This document shows positions 1 through 8,349 of a stretch of DNA of 63,343 bases, piece by piece. The translations under genes were made by a program, and so were the position numbers. The stretch is from a virus (lineage: Duplodnaviria; Caudoviricetes), in the IMG/VR virus record IMGVR_UViG_3300033153_005229, positions 1 to 63,343 of that record, one strand, 5' to 3'. Positions within the stretch are counted from its first letter, which is position 1; the number at the start of each line of letters is the position of its first letter. The notes beneath the pieces were generated by a model that did no database searches, was not told the origin of the DNA, and saw nothing but the letters and a program-made list of their open reading frames with translations.

Positions 1-190
1 GTCGTCATCTTCGTCGTCGTCATCTTCGTCGTCGTCATCTTCGTCGTCGTCATCTTCGTCGTCGTCATCTTCGTCGTCGTCATCTTCGTCGTCGTCATCT
101 TCGTCGTCGTCATCCTCATCCTCTTCGATGTCCTCGTCGTCATCCTCATCCTCTTCGATGTCCTCGTCGTCATCTTCGTCGTCATCGTCG
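1..190. repeat. 15-bp tandem repeat (GTCGTCATCTTCGTC)n encoding EDDDD on the - strand, followed by two 30-bp variant units
   Basis: Directly visible; the same unit fills the other end of the window. Confidence 0.95.
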
Positions 191-813
191 GGCTCCTCGA
201 ACATCTCGGCGATCTCATCGTAAGGAGAAGCTTTAAGGATTTCATATTTCTCGAGGTCGGTCATATCCTTAATAAGAGACATGGCCACTTTCGATGTTTT
301 ACCACGGGGACGAACCTCATACTCAGTATCAAGACCGGTGCCTGTCTTACTGATTAAAATATAACGACCTTTTTTGGCGTCGGTCATATCACCATAGTCC
401 GGGTCGGTAAAGAAACCAAGGAGGTCCTTGAAGGCCATAACACCAAGAGAAAGGAGCTGAACACCTTTATCCTTATTATTTTTATCAATAACATTTAGCC
501 AGAACCTCATCTTAGCCTTAAATTTCTTCGCCAAACGGACGTCGGAAGATGTGCCCTCCTTTAAAAGTCCTTCAACAAATTCACAAATTGGGCAGTCCTT
601 ACCTTCAGTAAGCTTTGGACATATAACTGCCTCACTATCCGGCCCAACGTTAAAATGAACACCGCCTTCCTTATAGAAAAGCCCTCCCTTCTTCTTCGGT
701 GGCATAATCCTTACAAAATTATCACCTGATTTGAGGGACATGAATGGACCCGTCTCGGTCCTCTTTCGTAGTTCCTCCTGTTTTTTCTTCAGTTTTTCGA
801 CATCAATAGCCAT
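1..813 (-). CDS. Single-stranded DNA-binding protein, T4 gp32-like (5' part; continues across the window join to 62969)
   Basis: Not in the ORF track; translated by hand from ATG 813 after SD GGAGGA: MAIDVEKLKKKQEELRKRT...NFVRIMPP...HFNVG...ICPK...DCPICE...RFWLNVID...YGDMTDAKKGRYILISKTGTGLDTEYEV, then a poly-Asp/Glu tract. The His/Cys Zn site and the position between RecA and UvsY-like genes fit gp32-like SSBs. Confidence 0.8.
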   Translation of the reverse strand, partial: MAIDVEKLKKKQEELRKRTETGPFMSLKSGDNFVRIMPPKKKGGLFYKEGGVHFNVGPDSEAVICPKLTEGKDCPICEFVEGLLKEGTSSDVRLAKKFKAKMRFWLNVIDKNNKDKGVQLLSLGVMAFKDLLGFFTDPDYGDMTDAKKGRYILISKTGTGLDTEYEVRPRGKTSKVAMSLIKDMTDLEKYEILKASPYDEIAEMFEEPDDDDEDDDEDIEEDEDDDEDIEEDEDDDDEDDDDEDDDDEDDDDEDDDDEDDDDEDDDDEDDD

Positions 814-822
814 CGAATCCTC

Positions 823-1323
823 CTAATTTCGTGTTTTCTTCTTCCTGGTTAACTTTTCCTTTATGTTTAAGCCACTATCTAGTTCAGCCCTCATTAAAGC
901 TCCGGCTGCCTGGAGCATATCTTTTCGTTGGGATAAAGCTGTCATTGCTGTCCCTAACAAATCAACGTTAAAGGAGGCCTTCGCAATTTCCTCCTTTATT
1001 TCTTGGTAGTCCTTATCATCACGAATCATTGAGGCTATCAACTTCTCAGTTATCTTAACCTCATCTTTTTCACACTGCTCTCGATAATATTTATCAAGTT
1101 CAGCGTTTAAACATTCCTTTTTTAAAATTATGTCGTTCATATACTTCTTTGCAATAGAGTGCATCACCCCATACCAAGCATATAACGACGGTTGCCGGGT
1201 CATTTCTTTGGATAGATTCTTATGGTCTATCTCCATATCTGAGAGGTCCGTTGGATAGGTCTTCTTACCTATCCTTATCTTTTTTATATTTATCTCAGTC
1301 CCTCTTATTGTGATTCCAGCCAA
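823..1323 (-). CDS. UvsY-like recombination mediator
   Basis: Helical protein with LYAWYG...KITEKLIASMIRDDKDY...ALSQRKDML pattern; lies directly upstream of SSB and RecA; SD AGGAGG. Confidence 0.6.
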   Translation of the reverse strand: MAGITIRGTEINIKKIRIGKKTYPTDLSDMEIDHKNLSKEMTRQPSLYAWYGVMHSIAKKYMNDIILKKECLNAELDKYYREQCEKDEVKITEKLIASMIRDDKDYQEIKEEIAKASFNVDLLGTAMTALSQRKDMLQAAGALMRAELDSGLNIKEKLTRKKKTRN

Positions 1324-1358
1324 TTAAATTACCTCCTTCTGTATATTATTATATAATG

Positions 1359-3887
1359 CTATTTCACTTCCTTTAACTCCGACCATATTTTACCTGCCTC
1401 AGCATCGGTAATCATCGGAACCTTCATCTTAAATCCAAAGTATTTCTTCGTTGGTATATTCTCCGCTATCTTCTTCATCATCTTAACAAAGTTCTTAACC
1501 TGACCAGTTGGAACCTCAAATAACATCGAATCATATACGGTATTTATAAAGTGAACATCCTCCGGAATATACCTATGACCTCCAATATAACCACCAGAGA
1601 TTAATAATGACATAAGAGTAAAGTCCGCTGCTGTTCCCTGAATAGGGCTATTAACCGATTGACGTTTTGCTTCTTCCCTGACCCACTTCTTATCGGATTT
1701 TAAGTCTGGGAGGTATCTTCTCCTTCCAAAGAGTGTTTCTGAATATCCTCTTTTTATAGCCTTTCTTTGTAGTTTGTGAATTGACTGTTCTATTTTAGGG
1801 AATAGTTCGAAATATTCATTTTTAAATGTTCCAGCCTCAGCTGGGTCTACGAATATGCCTTTCTTAGGGGATGATAGATTCTTAGCGAGAGTAAGATCAC
1901 CTACACAATATATAATACCGAAGTTAATAGTCTTCGCCCTTTTCCTCTTGGCCTTGGATATATCCTCACTTCGGAACATCTTCTTAGCAACTGCCAAGTG
2001 AACATCCTCACCATCGTTAAACCATCGAATCATCTCTTTGTCATTAGCCATGTGGGCCTTCACCCTTAACTCGGCCTGACTGTAATCAATCTCAACGATC
2101 TTATATCCAGGTGGAGCGATAAACATTGTCTTTATAAATGCCTTAAGAGGAGAATCAAAGTCTTCCTCAGTATCAACATAGACTCGTGGTATATTCATTA
2201 TATTAGGCTCAGTACATGATGGCCTACCTGTCCTTGTACCATGTATCTTAACATTAGGCCTAACTCTACTATCCGGACCGATGTGCTTCCACATACCCTT
2301 AACAAATGTGGAGTGAAGTGTCCTCACCTTTCCATATTCAATAAGGGTTGTCAATACCTTTGGATTACACTTCTCCTTAAATATGAGATCTACCAAAACT
2401 TCTTCGGCAGTAGAATCCCCTCCAGCCTTTGTCTTTACTAAAGAGGGGAAGTTAAATCCGTGTCGGGAAAATAATAACTTAGATTTCTGAGGGGCTGAAT
2501 TAAAGTTAATCTCAAAGTCCTCACCCTTTTTCTTCCTCATATATTTAAGAAATTTCTTGCACCCCTTAAATTTCATCAAGTCCTTATACATATTCTTAAG
2601 GACCTTCTGGAATTTCTTATCTAATTTTTCAAGTTGCTCGGTGTCGATAAGCATCCCTCTTGATTCCATATTAACAAACAGAGGTACAGCTGGCATTATC
2701 AGAGTATCAAAAACTCTCCTAAGCTTCGGTATCTTATCGAGTTCCTTATCGAATATGGGGTATAAATCAAGTAGAGCTGCACAGTCAGTTGCGTTGTACT
2801 TACCTAATTTATCTAAGGGGATATCAAAAGCATTCCCCTTCTTTATTCCTAACTCATCAACATCCTTCCAATATTGACCATAGTTAGTATACTCCAGAGA
2901 AAGAGAGTCCAGGTCATGTCGACTGTTTATATATAATACATAGTGGGCTAGCATAGTATCAAAGATAGGACCTCTAAGATCTATCTTAGCCCTCCACTTT
3001 AACCAACGCCAGTCAAACTTCATGTTCTGACCGACCTTTAAGATATCCTCGTTCTGGAATATACGAGTTCTCAGTAATTTGTATATTACCTTTATATCAC
3101 TTCTACTGAATGGTGATTCAGAATGGAATATGGGAATGCAAACTCCGGTTCCTTTCTTCCATGAAATACCGATAGTACATATAAGCGCCCCATCACGCCA
3201 TTCCTTAGTCCCATTGGTTTCTAAATCAAATGCTGCGACGCCAGCCTTCTCCACCTTATCACATACCTTACTGACTTCATCAATAGTCCTTATTATCTTC
3301 CAGCGGGCGTCTTCATGGATTGTTCCTCCCCTCACGAATTCAAATCCCTTCTCCAGGTCTCCAGCTAAGTACTCTAGATTACCTGGGTTACGTAAGACGC
3401 CTGCTGGATGAAAAGTTGGCATAACCATGGCCGACCATCCATCACCAGAGTAATCAAATGACCTCCCTCTATATTTTGTTATACCACTTCTCTTTATTAT
3501 GGCTTTCATAGGTACATTACCCATTGGGATAATAAGACTAGGTTTTATTAAATCAAGTTCAGCCTGAAGGTAAGGTAAACAGGTTTTAATCTCATCGTTG
3601 GATGGTGTTCGATTATCAGGAGGTCGACAGTGGACTACATTGGTAATATATATGTCCTCTCTATTAACCCCTAACTCAATTAGTATCTCATCCAACAATT
3701 TACCTGAACGTCCGGCAAATGGTTTACCGATGTCATCCTCCCTGAATCCTGGAGCTTCACCAATAAGGACAACATCGGCTTTAAGGTTACCCCTTCCAAG
3801 TAAACAGACATGTTGAGCTGTATCACCTAGCTTACATGATTCACAACTACTATCTCTGATGTTAGACCATTTTTTTGATAACTTCAT
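1359..3887 (-). CDS. polA: Family A DNA polymerase with N-terminal family-4 uracil-DNA glycosylase domain and 3'-5' exonuclease (SPO1-type architecture)
   Basis: UDG: CESC, GEAPG, PFAGRSG, NVVHCRPPDNRTP, HPA. Exonuclease: FDLET, QNMKFD, YNATD. Polymerase: TGRPS, motif A DYSQAELR, motif B KTINFGIIY, motif C VYDS. Confidence 0.95.
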   Translation of the reverse strand: MKLSKKWSNIRDSSCESCKLGDTAQHVCLLGRGNLKADVVLIGEAPGFREDDIGKPFAGRSGKLLDEILIELGVNREDIYITNVVHCRPPDNRTPSNDEIKTCLPYLQAELDLIKPSLIIPMGNVPMKAIIKRSGITKYRGRSFDYSGDGWSAMVMPTFHPAGVLRNPGNLEYLAGDLEKGFEFVRGGTIHEDARWKIIRTIDEVSKVCDKVEKAGVAAFDLETNGTKEWRDGALICTIGISWKKGTGVCIPIFHSESPFSRSDIKVIYKLLRTRIFQNEDILKVGQNMKFDWRWLKWRAKIDLRGPIFDTMLAHYVLYINSRHDLDSLSLEYTNYGQYWKDVDELGIKKGNAFDIPLDKLGKYNATDCAALLDLYPIFDKELDKIPKLRRVFDTLIMPAVPLFVNMESRGMLIDTEQLEKLDKKFQKVLKNMYKDLMKFKGCKKFLKYMRKKKGEDFEINFNSAPQKSKLLFSRHGFNFPSLVKTKAGGDSTAEEVLVDLIFKEKCNPKVLTTLIEYGKVRTLHSTFVKGMWKHIGPDSRVRPNVKIHGTRTGRPSCTEPNIMNIPRVYVDTEEDFDSPLKAFIKTMFIAPPGYKIVEIDYSQAELRVKAHMANDKEMIRWFNDGEDVHLAVAKKMFRSEDISKAKRKRAKTINFGIIYCVGDLTLAKNLSSPKKGIFVDPAEAGTFKNEYFELFPKIEQSIHKLQRKAIKRGYSETLFGRRRYLPDLKSDKKWVREEAKRQSVNSPIQGTAADFTLMSLLISGGYIGGHRYIPEDVHFINTVYDSMLFEVPTGQVKNFVKMMKKIAENIPTKKYFGFKMKVPMITDAEAGKIWSELKEVK

Positions 3888-4414
3888 TAATAATATTCCT
3901 CAAGACCAGCTTTAAGAGAAGAACCACCCAAAACTACAATACCATTACTAATCATGTAATCAATACCATCAGTCTTTCTATATTTTTCCAGGTATACTAC
4001 CCGAACTATACCCGACATAACAACCACCTTGGCACATGATAGACAAGGTGATAGGGTAGTATATAGTGTTCCACCTTCGATTGATATACCGGCCCTCGCT
4101 GCCCAAGCAATGGCATTAGCCTCAGCATGAAGAGTAGCTACACAACCACCATCATCCCCAGTTATACATCCATCATCAATACAATGTTTACTACCAGGAG
4201 GACTTCCAGTATATCCCATTGAGACCGGACGCTTATCCTTAACTATAATACATCCGGCAAACTGCCTCCGCCGACAGCTACTTCTATATGAAACCAATCT
4301 GGCCATCGCCATAAACATTCTATCACGATGGATTCTCATATCCTTCCCATCCGGACCAAGGTACTTATTGGCATCCGGATGAAATAGTAAATCCTCAACA
4401 ATTCTTTTGGGCAT
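3887..4414 (-). CDS. dCMP deaminase
   Basis: HAEANAI and PCLSC Zn motifs; SMGYTGSPPGSKHC. Confidence 0.93.
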   Translation of the reverse strand: MPKRIVEDLLFHPDANKYLGPDGKDMRIHRDRMFMAMARLVSYRSSCRRRQFAGCIIVKDKRPVSMGYTGSPPGSKHCIDDGCITGDDGGCVATLHAEANAIAWAARAGISIEGGTLYTTLSPCLSCAKVVVMSGIVRVVYLEKYRKTDGIDYMISNGIVVLGGSSLKAGLEEYY

Positions 4415-5145
4415 TACAATGTTCCCATCTGCATAAACTGCTTAATTTTACCCTCATCCTTCTTGTAGTAATGGATAGATGAAGCGTTCATATAAAACCA
4501 TCCCGGAATTATCCTTATTCGTTGAGCCATATAAGTTAACATCCGAAGAGCTAGATAAACATCATTTGAAAAGTGAGTAACAAAATCGGTACTTCTCATA
4601 TTATATATAATGTTCAACCGAGGTTGTTCACCAACATAAGTAACAATGAAGTGATAGAATATTGAACAAGGAACTCTCTTCTCTCCGACATTAACTGGGT
4701 CGATTCTTGGGTTCCAAATTGACATAATAGCCTGTCGAGAGTTGAGATCATTCTCAAGTATAGAGATTATCTGTTCGAGCTGAGGTTGGATTCTTTCATT
4801 GTAAGTATACCCAAACTTACCCGCATGAAGGAACTCCTCCCAAATTTCTTTTCTCAGTAACCAAGCATCACCCGGATTGATTGGCATCGGGTCGATTCTT
4901 TCTTGGAACTCAGCATCAGCCCATTTCTTCACTCGTGGTCCCGTCCCTGGAACCTTAAAGAGGTTACCGGTATCATTCCAGTCGGTTAGGCAAAATGAAT
5001 AGTTGATTAGTTCCTTCGTATCAAACTCAGGATTACCCTTAATCACCTTATCCTGCATTGTCCTTGTTTTACGCTCAACACCTAACTCGAGTAGGTCCCG
5101 AGCAGTCTCGTTAAGCATGTCAATACATCGTTTGTACATACGCAT
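4414..5145 (-). CDS. Thymidylate-synthase-fold protein, dCMP (hydroxy)methylase-like
   Basis: YTYNERI, SRQAIMSIW, catalytic RVPC, MRSTDFVTHFSND, SIHYY. Start moved to ATG 5145, downstream of SD AAGGAG. Confidence 0.85.
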   Translation of the reverse strand: MRMYKRCIDMLNETARDLLELGVERKTRTMQDKVIKGNPEFDTKELINYSFCLTDWNDTGNLFKVPGTGPRVKKWADAEFQERIDPMPINPGDAWLLRKEIWEEFLHAGKFGYTYNERIQPQLEQIISILENDLNSRQAIMSIWNPRIDPVNVGEKRVPCSIFYHFIVTYVGEQPRLNIIYNMRSTDFVTHFSNDVYLALRMLTYMAQRIRIIPGWFYMNASSIHYYKKDEGKIKQFMQMGTL

Positions 5146-5157
5146 AAATAATATTTC

Positions 5158-5180
5158 TCCTTTCACTATTATTAAATGCT
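5158..5180 (-). promoter_or_regulatory. Putative phage promoter/RBS element AGCATTTAATAATAGTGAAAGGA (copy 1)
   Basis: Identical 23-mer at 19354-19376; both copies are intergenic and directly upstream of a - strand gene. Confidence 0.65.
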
Positions 5181-5285
5181 TTTTAATTAGTGTGATAGTA
5201 CATCATCCAAAAGTTTTATCTCAGCTTCTGAAAGCTGGCCATTGAATTTGGACTTAAGCTTAAGTAAAATATTCAGTGTTCTTAC

Positions 5286-5316
5286 AAAAAATAAAGGGAA
5301 CCACGAAGGTCCCCTT
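5286..5316 (-). terminator. Intrinsic terminator after the DUF2786-like gene
   Basis: - strand AAGGGGACC-TTCGT-GGTTCCCTT followed by TATTTTTT. Confidence 0.75.
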
Positions 5317-5338
5317 GTGTAAAGATTGAACAGTGAAA

Positions 5339-6106
5339 CTATCCAGGGATGGAGATAGCTGGCCCTTCCCCTCTTCCCTTTATCCCTCTTCTCACGTTAA
5401 CTTTCTTACCGTCTCTGTAACCATCGTTGAATCCTTTGGCTGAAGATGGATGGAAAGGTCTTGGTCTGGTTAACTTGAGATTTAGACTATTCATATACTG
5501 TCTGACCTTAGGATTCTTTACGAGAACCAGGGCTCTGCATTTCTCTTCCTCAACCTGCTTCTTAAGGGAGTCCCTGAGATATTTAACTATCCCAATTGCA
5601 TATCCTCTGGTATAGAATGATGAGTCAGCTCGATTCTGCCGATTTAGGCCGTTAGCTTCTCGTTCTTTCCTAAGCTTCTTCCTGGCCTTCCTCATCATTT
5701 TATCCACCTGGTCAACGATTGAAATTAAAGTATACTCGGCCAGTTCAACCTCGGTAGGCATACCAACAATAGTTATTATCCTCTTTCCCCTCCTACTCCT
5801 CCCTCCTCCCCTTACAATACGGTAGAAGTATTCACAGTTATAATACTGTGTAACGATGCTAGCTATGCTTGTCTGCCAGCTCCCGGCTGTTATGGAAGTA
5901 GCGAGTCTTTCTTCTGGATTCTCCTCAGCTGCTTGTTTCTCCTCGATGTCGGTCATAGAAAGATTATACTTAGCGAGAAGTTCTCTGGCTCGGTTCATGG
6001 CCATGGCTGTTTCACCTTCGTAGTTGGTTCCCTTAGCCAGAGCCAGAAGTTTCTTCACTTTATCAATAATCTTGGCCCTTGACATGTGGTCATTTTCTCT
6101 ACCCAT
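5339..6106 (-). CDS. DUF2786-domain protein
   Basis: IIDKVKKLLALAK...EGETAMAMNRARELLAKYNLS N-terminal signature; C-terminal GFNDGYRDG. Confidence 0.8.
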   Translation of the reverse strand: MGRENDHMSRAKIIDKVKKLLALAKGTNYEGETAMAMNRARELLAKYNLSMTDIEEKQAAEENPEERLATSITAGSWQTSIASIVTQYYNCEYFYRIVRGGGRSRRGKRIITIVGMPTEVELAEYTLISIVDQVDKMMRKARKKLRKEREANGLNRQNRADSSFYTRGYAIGIVKYLRDSLKKQVEEEKCRALVLVKNPKVRQYMNSLNLKLTRPRPFHPSSAKGFNDGYRDGKKVNVRRGIKGRGEGPAISIPG

Positions 6107-6348
6107 TACTTAATTCTCCCAGCATATTCTCTGGCTTCGTCCAAAGAGTTAAAGTTTAGTATGTTACCTGTACGATCGCGGAACACGTTGAATATCCTAT
6201 CCTGGTGTCCACCTCCAAGAGTCTTACCACCAGAAGCTCCAAACCATTGTTCATATTCGTACAACCTCCACTTGCCGGACTCAAGTTGAACTGCCACCAC
6301 ATCATCTTTACTAGTAAGTTCAATGTCTGGGTTATTTCTTTTCTTCAT
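6106..6348 (-). CDS. Hypothetical early protein
   Basis: SD GAGGA; TAATG coupling to the next gene. Confidence 0.65.
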   Translation of the reverse strand: MKKRNNPDIELTSKDDVVAVQLESGKWRLYEYEQWFGASGGKTLGGGHQDRIFNVFRDRTGNILNFNSLDEAREYAGRIK

Positions 6349-6367
6349 TACTCTGTCCTCCCTATTC

Positions 6368-7075
6368 CTAACTGTTAAACTTTCGTTCTTTTCTCATCTT
6401 CCGACGGTACGCCTTCTTCTGGTCCGAGGTAACAATATCAGATGGATAGTTATATGTTACCCGGCTAGACTTCTTCAACTTATCTTTTACCCCTTTTGAT
6501 ACCGCCTCTTCCATTCGTTGTTTCTTAGTTCTCCTCTTATTCTTCTTTGGTTCATCGTCGTCAGTTTCCAATTTATTCTTATTAGGATTTGGTTCCGATT
6601 TATATTGTTTGAGTAATTTATCAAACCTACCGGTTTTATCCTGAGTCCGATTAATAAGAGATAGTCTGGATGGTTTATATGGTACATTACCATGACCTTG
6701 GACTGAACGTTCCACCAGGCCACTTCTTTTCTTATCAGCGTTAATCCAATCAATAAATTCTTGGATATGGCGTTGACCTTGGTAGACGGTACACCACTCG
6801 TAAGTCGCACCACCAGGTTTATATGGACCGTCAACGATTTCCCAGTGCTTGGGACATTCCTCGAATTTCTCAGTAGTCATCAGGATTACCTCTACGGTAA
6901 CATGTAACGCTGTCCTTTCAGCCTCCCTCCGCTTCCTGAGTTGTTTCTTGGTGAGTTTATGGTCGGGAGTAAACTTAACACTGGTAACTTTCTCAAGGTG
7001 ATCGTAGTAATCCTCACCGGACTTCTTGGATTTGGCCTTCGCCTTAATCCTCTTTATTATTTCCTTCCTACCCAT
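6368..7075 (-). CDS. Basic hypothetical protein with C-terminal YxYP...KKAYRRKMR motif
   Basis: Start moved to ATG 7075 (MGRKEII) after SD GGAGG; Lys/Arg-rich. Confidence 0.7.
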   Translation of the reverse strand: MGRKEIIKRIKAKAKSKKSGEDYYDHLEKVTSVKFTPDHKLTKKQLRKRREAERTALHVTVEVILMTTEKFEECPKHWEIVDGPYKPGGATYEWCTVYQGQRHIQEFIDWINADKKRSGLVERSVQGHGNVPYKPSRLSLINRTQDKTGRFDKLLKQYKSEPNPNKNKLETDDDEPKKNKRRTKKQRMEEAVSKGVKDKLKKSSRVTYNYPSDIVTSDQKKAYRRKMRKERKFNS

Positions 7076-7167
7076 TAGAACCTCCACAATGTAAATAGAT
7101 GGGCCAGTAATAAGATCGATAGGAAAGTGAGGAAGGTCCATCCTGTTTTTGTTATTTTCTTTTTCAC
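7075..7167 (-). CDS. 30-aa single-TM membrane peptide
   Basis: GTG 7167 after SD GAAGGAGG; MKKKITKTGWTFLTFLSILLLAHLFTLWRF; its TAA overlaps the next ATG. Confidence 0.6.
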   Translation of the reverse strand: MKKKITKTGWTFLTFLSILLLAHLFTLWRF

Positions 7168-7182
7168 GTTACCTCCTTCGGA

Positions 7183-7206
7183 ATGGGGGAGTGTATTCTC
7201 CCCCAT
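7183..7206. promoter_or_regulatory. Intergenic 9-bp stem-loop just upstream of an RBS
   Basis: ATGGGGGAG-N6-CTCCCCCAT; no U-tract follows on the - strand, so a processing or stability hairpin is more likely than a terminator. Confidence 0.45.
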
Positions 7207-7222
7207 CCTTATTATAAAATGC

Positions 7223-7639
7223 TTATTCACTTTCCTCTGAACCAGAAAGAGGTTGAGGTTGGTCGTCAAAGAAATTTTCCTGTAAACCGGAGAGGGCTGC
7301 GATGAATAAATTGCAGATTTGCCCGTCGTCCATTCCTTCAACCGCGAGATAGTCGTACATTCCCTGGGCTGTTGAGATTTTATATATGGCGTCGGTATAT
7401 TCTTGGAGGGTGTCCTTATCAAATACCTCGTCGTTCTTGGCGTCGATAACAAGCTGTTCTTTTACTTTCCGAAGAATTAATTCCCGAGTTAAAGGTTTAG
7501 GACTGGTTAGCTCTTCGTATTCATCCTCTGGAATGATTACAACGTTACCGCCTCGGGTAGCGTTAATCTGTTTTACTCCGGTTATACCGGAGATGGTCTC
7601 GTAAACTTGACCACTGTCTTTGGTTACTAATAATTTCAT
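7223..7639 (-). CDS. Hypothetical early protein
   Basis: SD AGGAG; ATGA overlap with the upstream gene. Confidence 0.65.
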   Translation of the reverse strand: MKLLVTKDSGQVYETISGITGVKQINATRGGNVVIIPEDEYEELTSPKPLTRELILRKVKEQLVIDAKNDEVFDKDTLQEYTDAIYKISTAQGMYDYLAVEGMDDGQICNLFIAALSGLQENFFDDQPQPLSGSEESE

Positions 7640-7860
7640 TTTGATTCTCCTAATAAAGGGTTAGATAATTTACTTCCTTCTTTCCTGACGAATTCCTTAT
7701 ATAAACGAATCTCTTCGTCGGTTAACTCGTCAATCGTTTTGTTTCCGAAGAATTCGTGTCTGAATCCCGTATCCTGGAGGAAGTCGAATAACTGGTCAAC
7801 CCAGTCCTTCGTTCCTTTTAGGTGTGGATGATCGGCTGAATTCTGATTTTGTTTTTTCAT
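7636..7860 (-). CDS. Hypothetical early protein
   Basis: Start moved to ATG 7860 after SD AAGGAGG; first gene after the leftward promoter. Confidence 0.65.
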   Translation of the reverse strand: MKKQNQNSADHPHLKGTKDWVDQLFDFLQDTGFRHEFFGNKTIDELTDEEIRLYKEFVRKEGSKLSNPLLGESK

Positions 7861-7895
7861 CTGTCCTCCTTTAAGGTTATTTTTCTGTTCGCGTA

Positions 7896-7937
7896 TAATA
7901 TAAGGTATATATCGGTAATTAAAAAATAAAATCCACA
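7896..7937 (-). promoter_or_regulatory. Leftward promoter TGTGGATTT-N13-CCGATA-N7-TATATTA
   Basis: Same blocks and spacing as the rightward element at 8236-8277. Confidence 0.6.
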
Positions 7938-8235
7938 CGTATCCGTGGATTTCCCATAAGTCACTGTTAGACTTAAATTTATGATTTTATAAATCCAGCC
8001 AAAATCCCCCAACCACACCAAAAATTACCGAAAAAACACACCAAATAACCTATTGCTAGACATAGACTTACATAAATATACACCGGATATATTCGTATAT
8101 TTCCATAACTCATTGTTAGGCATAAATATGGGCCACACGGCCCAAACGTGTGTTTTCCAAAACATATCCAAATAATATTCTTCAAAATTTCTTGGTTTTG
8201 GGCATGATTGTGGCTTCAAAAAATCTCAAAAAACA

Positions 8236-8277
8236 TGTGGATTTCTCTGGACAAACTCCGATAATAAGCATATATTA
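8236..8277 (+). promoter_or_regulatory. Rightward sigma70-like promoter (TGGACA-17-TATATT) with upstream TGTGGATTT box
   Basis: -35 at 8248-8253, -10 at 8271-8276, 17-bp spacer. Confidence 0.65.
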
Positions 8278-8349
8278 ACTATGAAAGATTTAACTACTGT
8301 TATTTGACAACTAAATAAAACCCTAACCTTAACACAGGAGGACAGAGAA

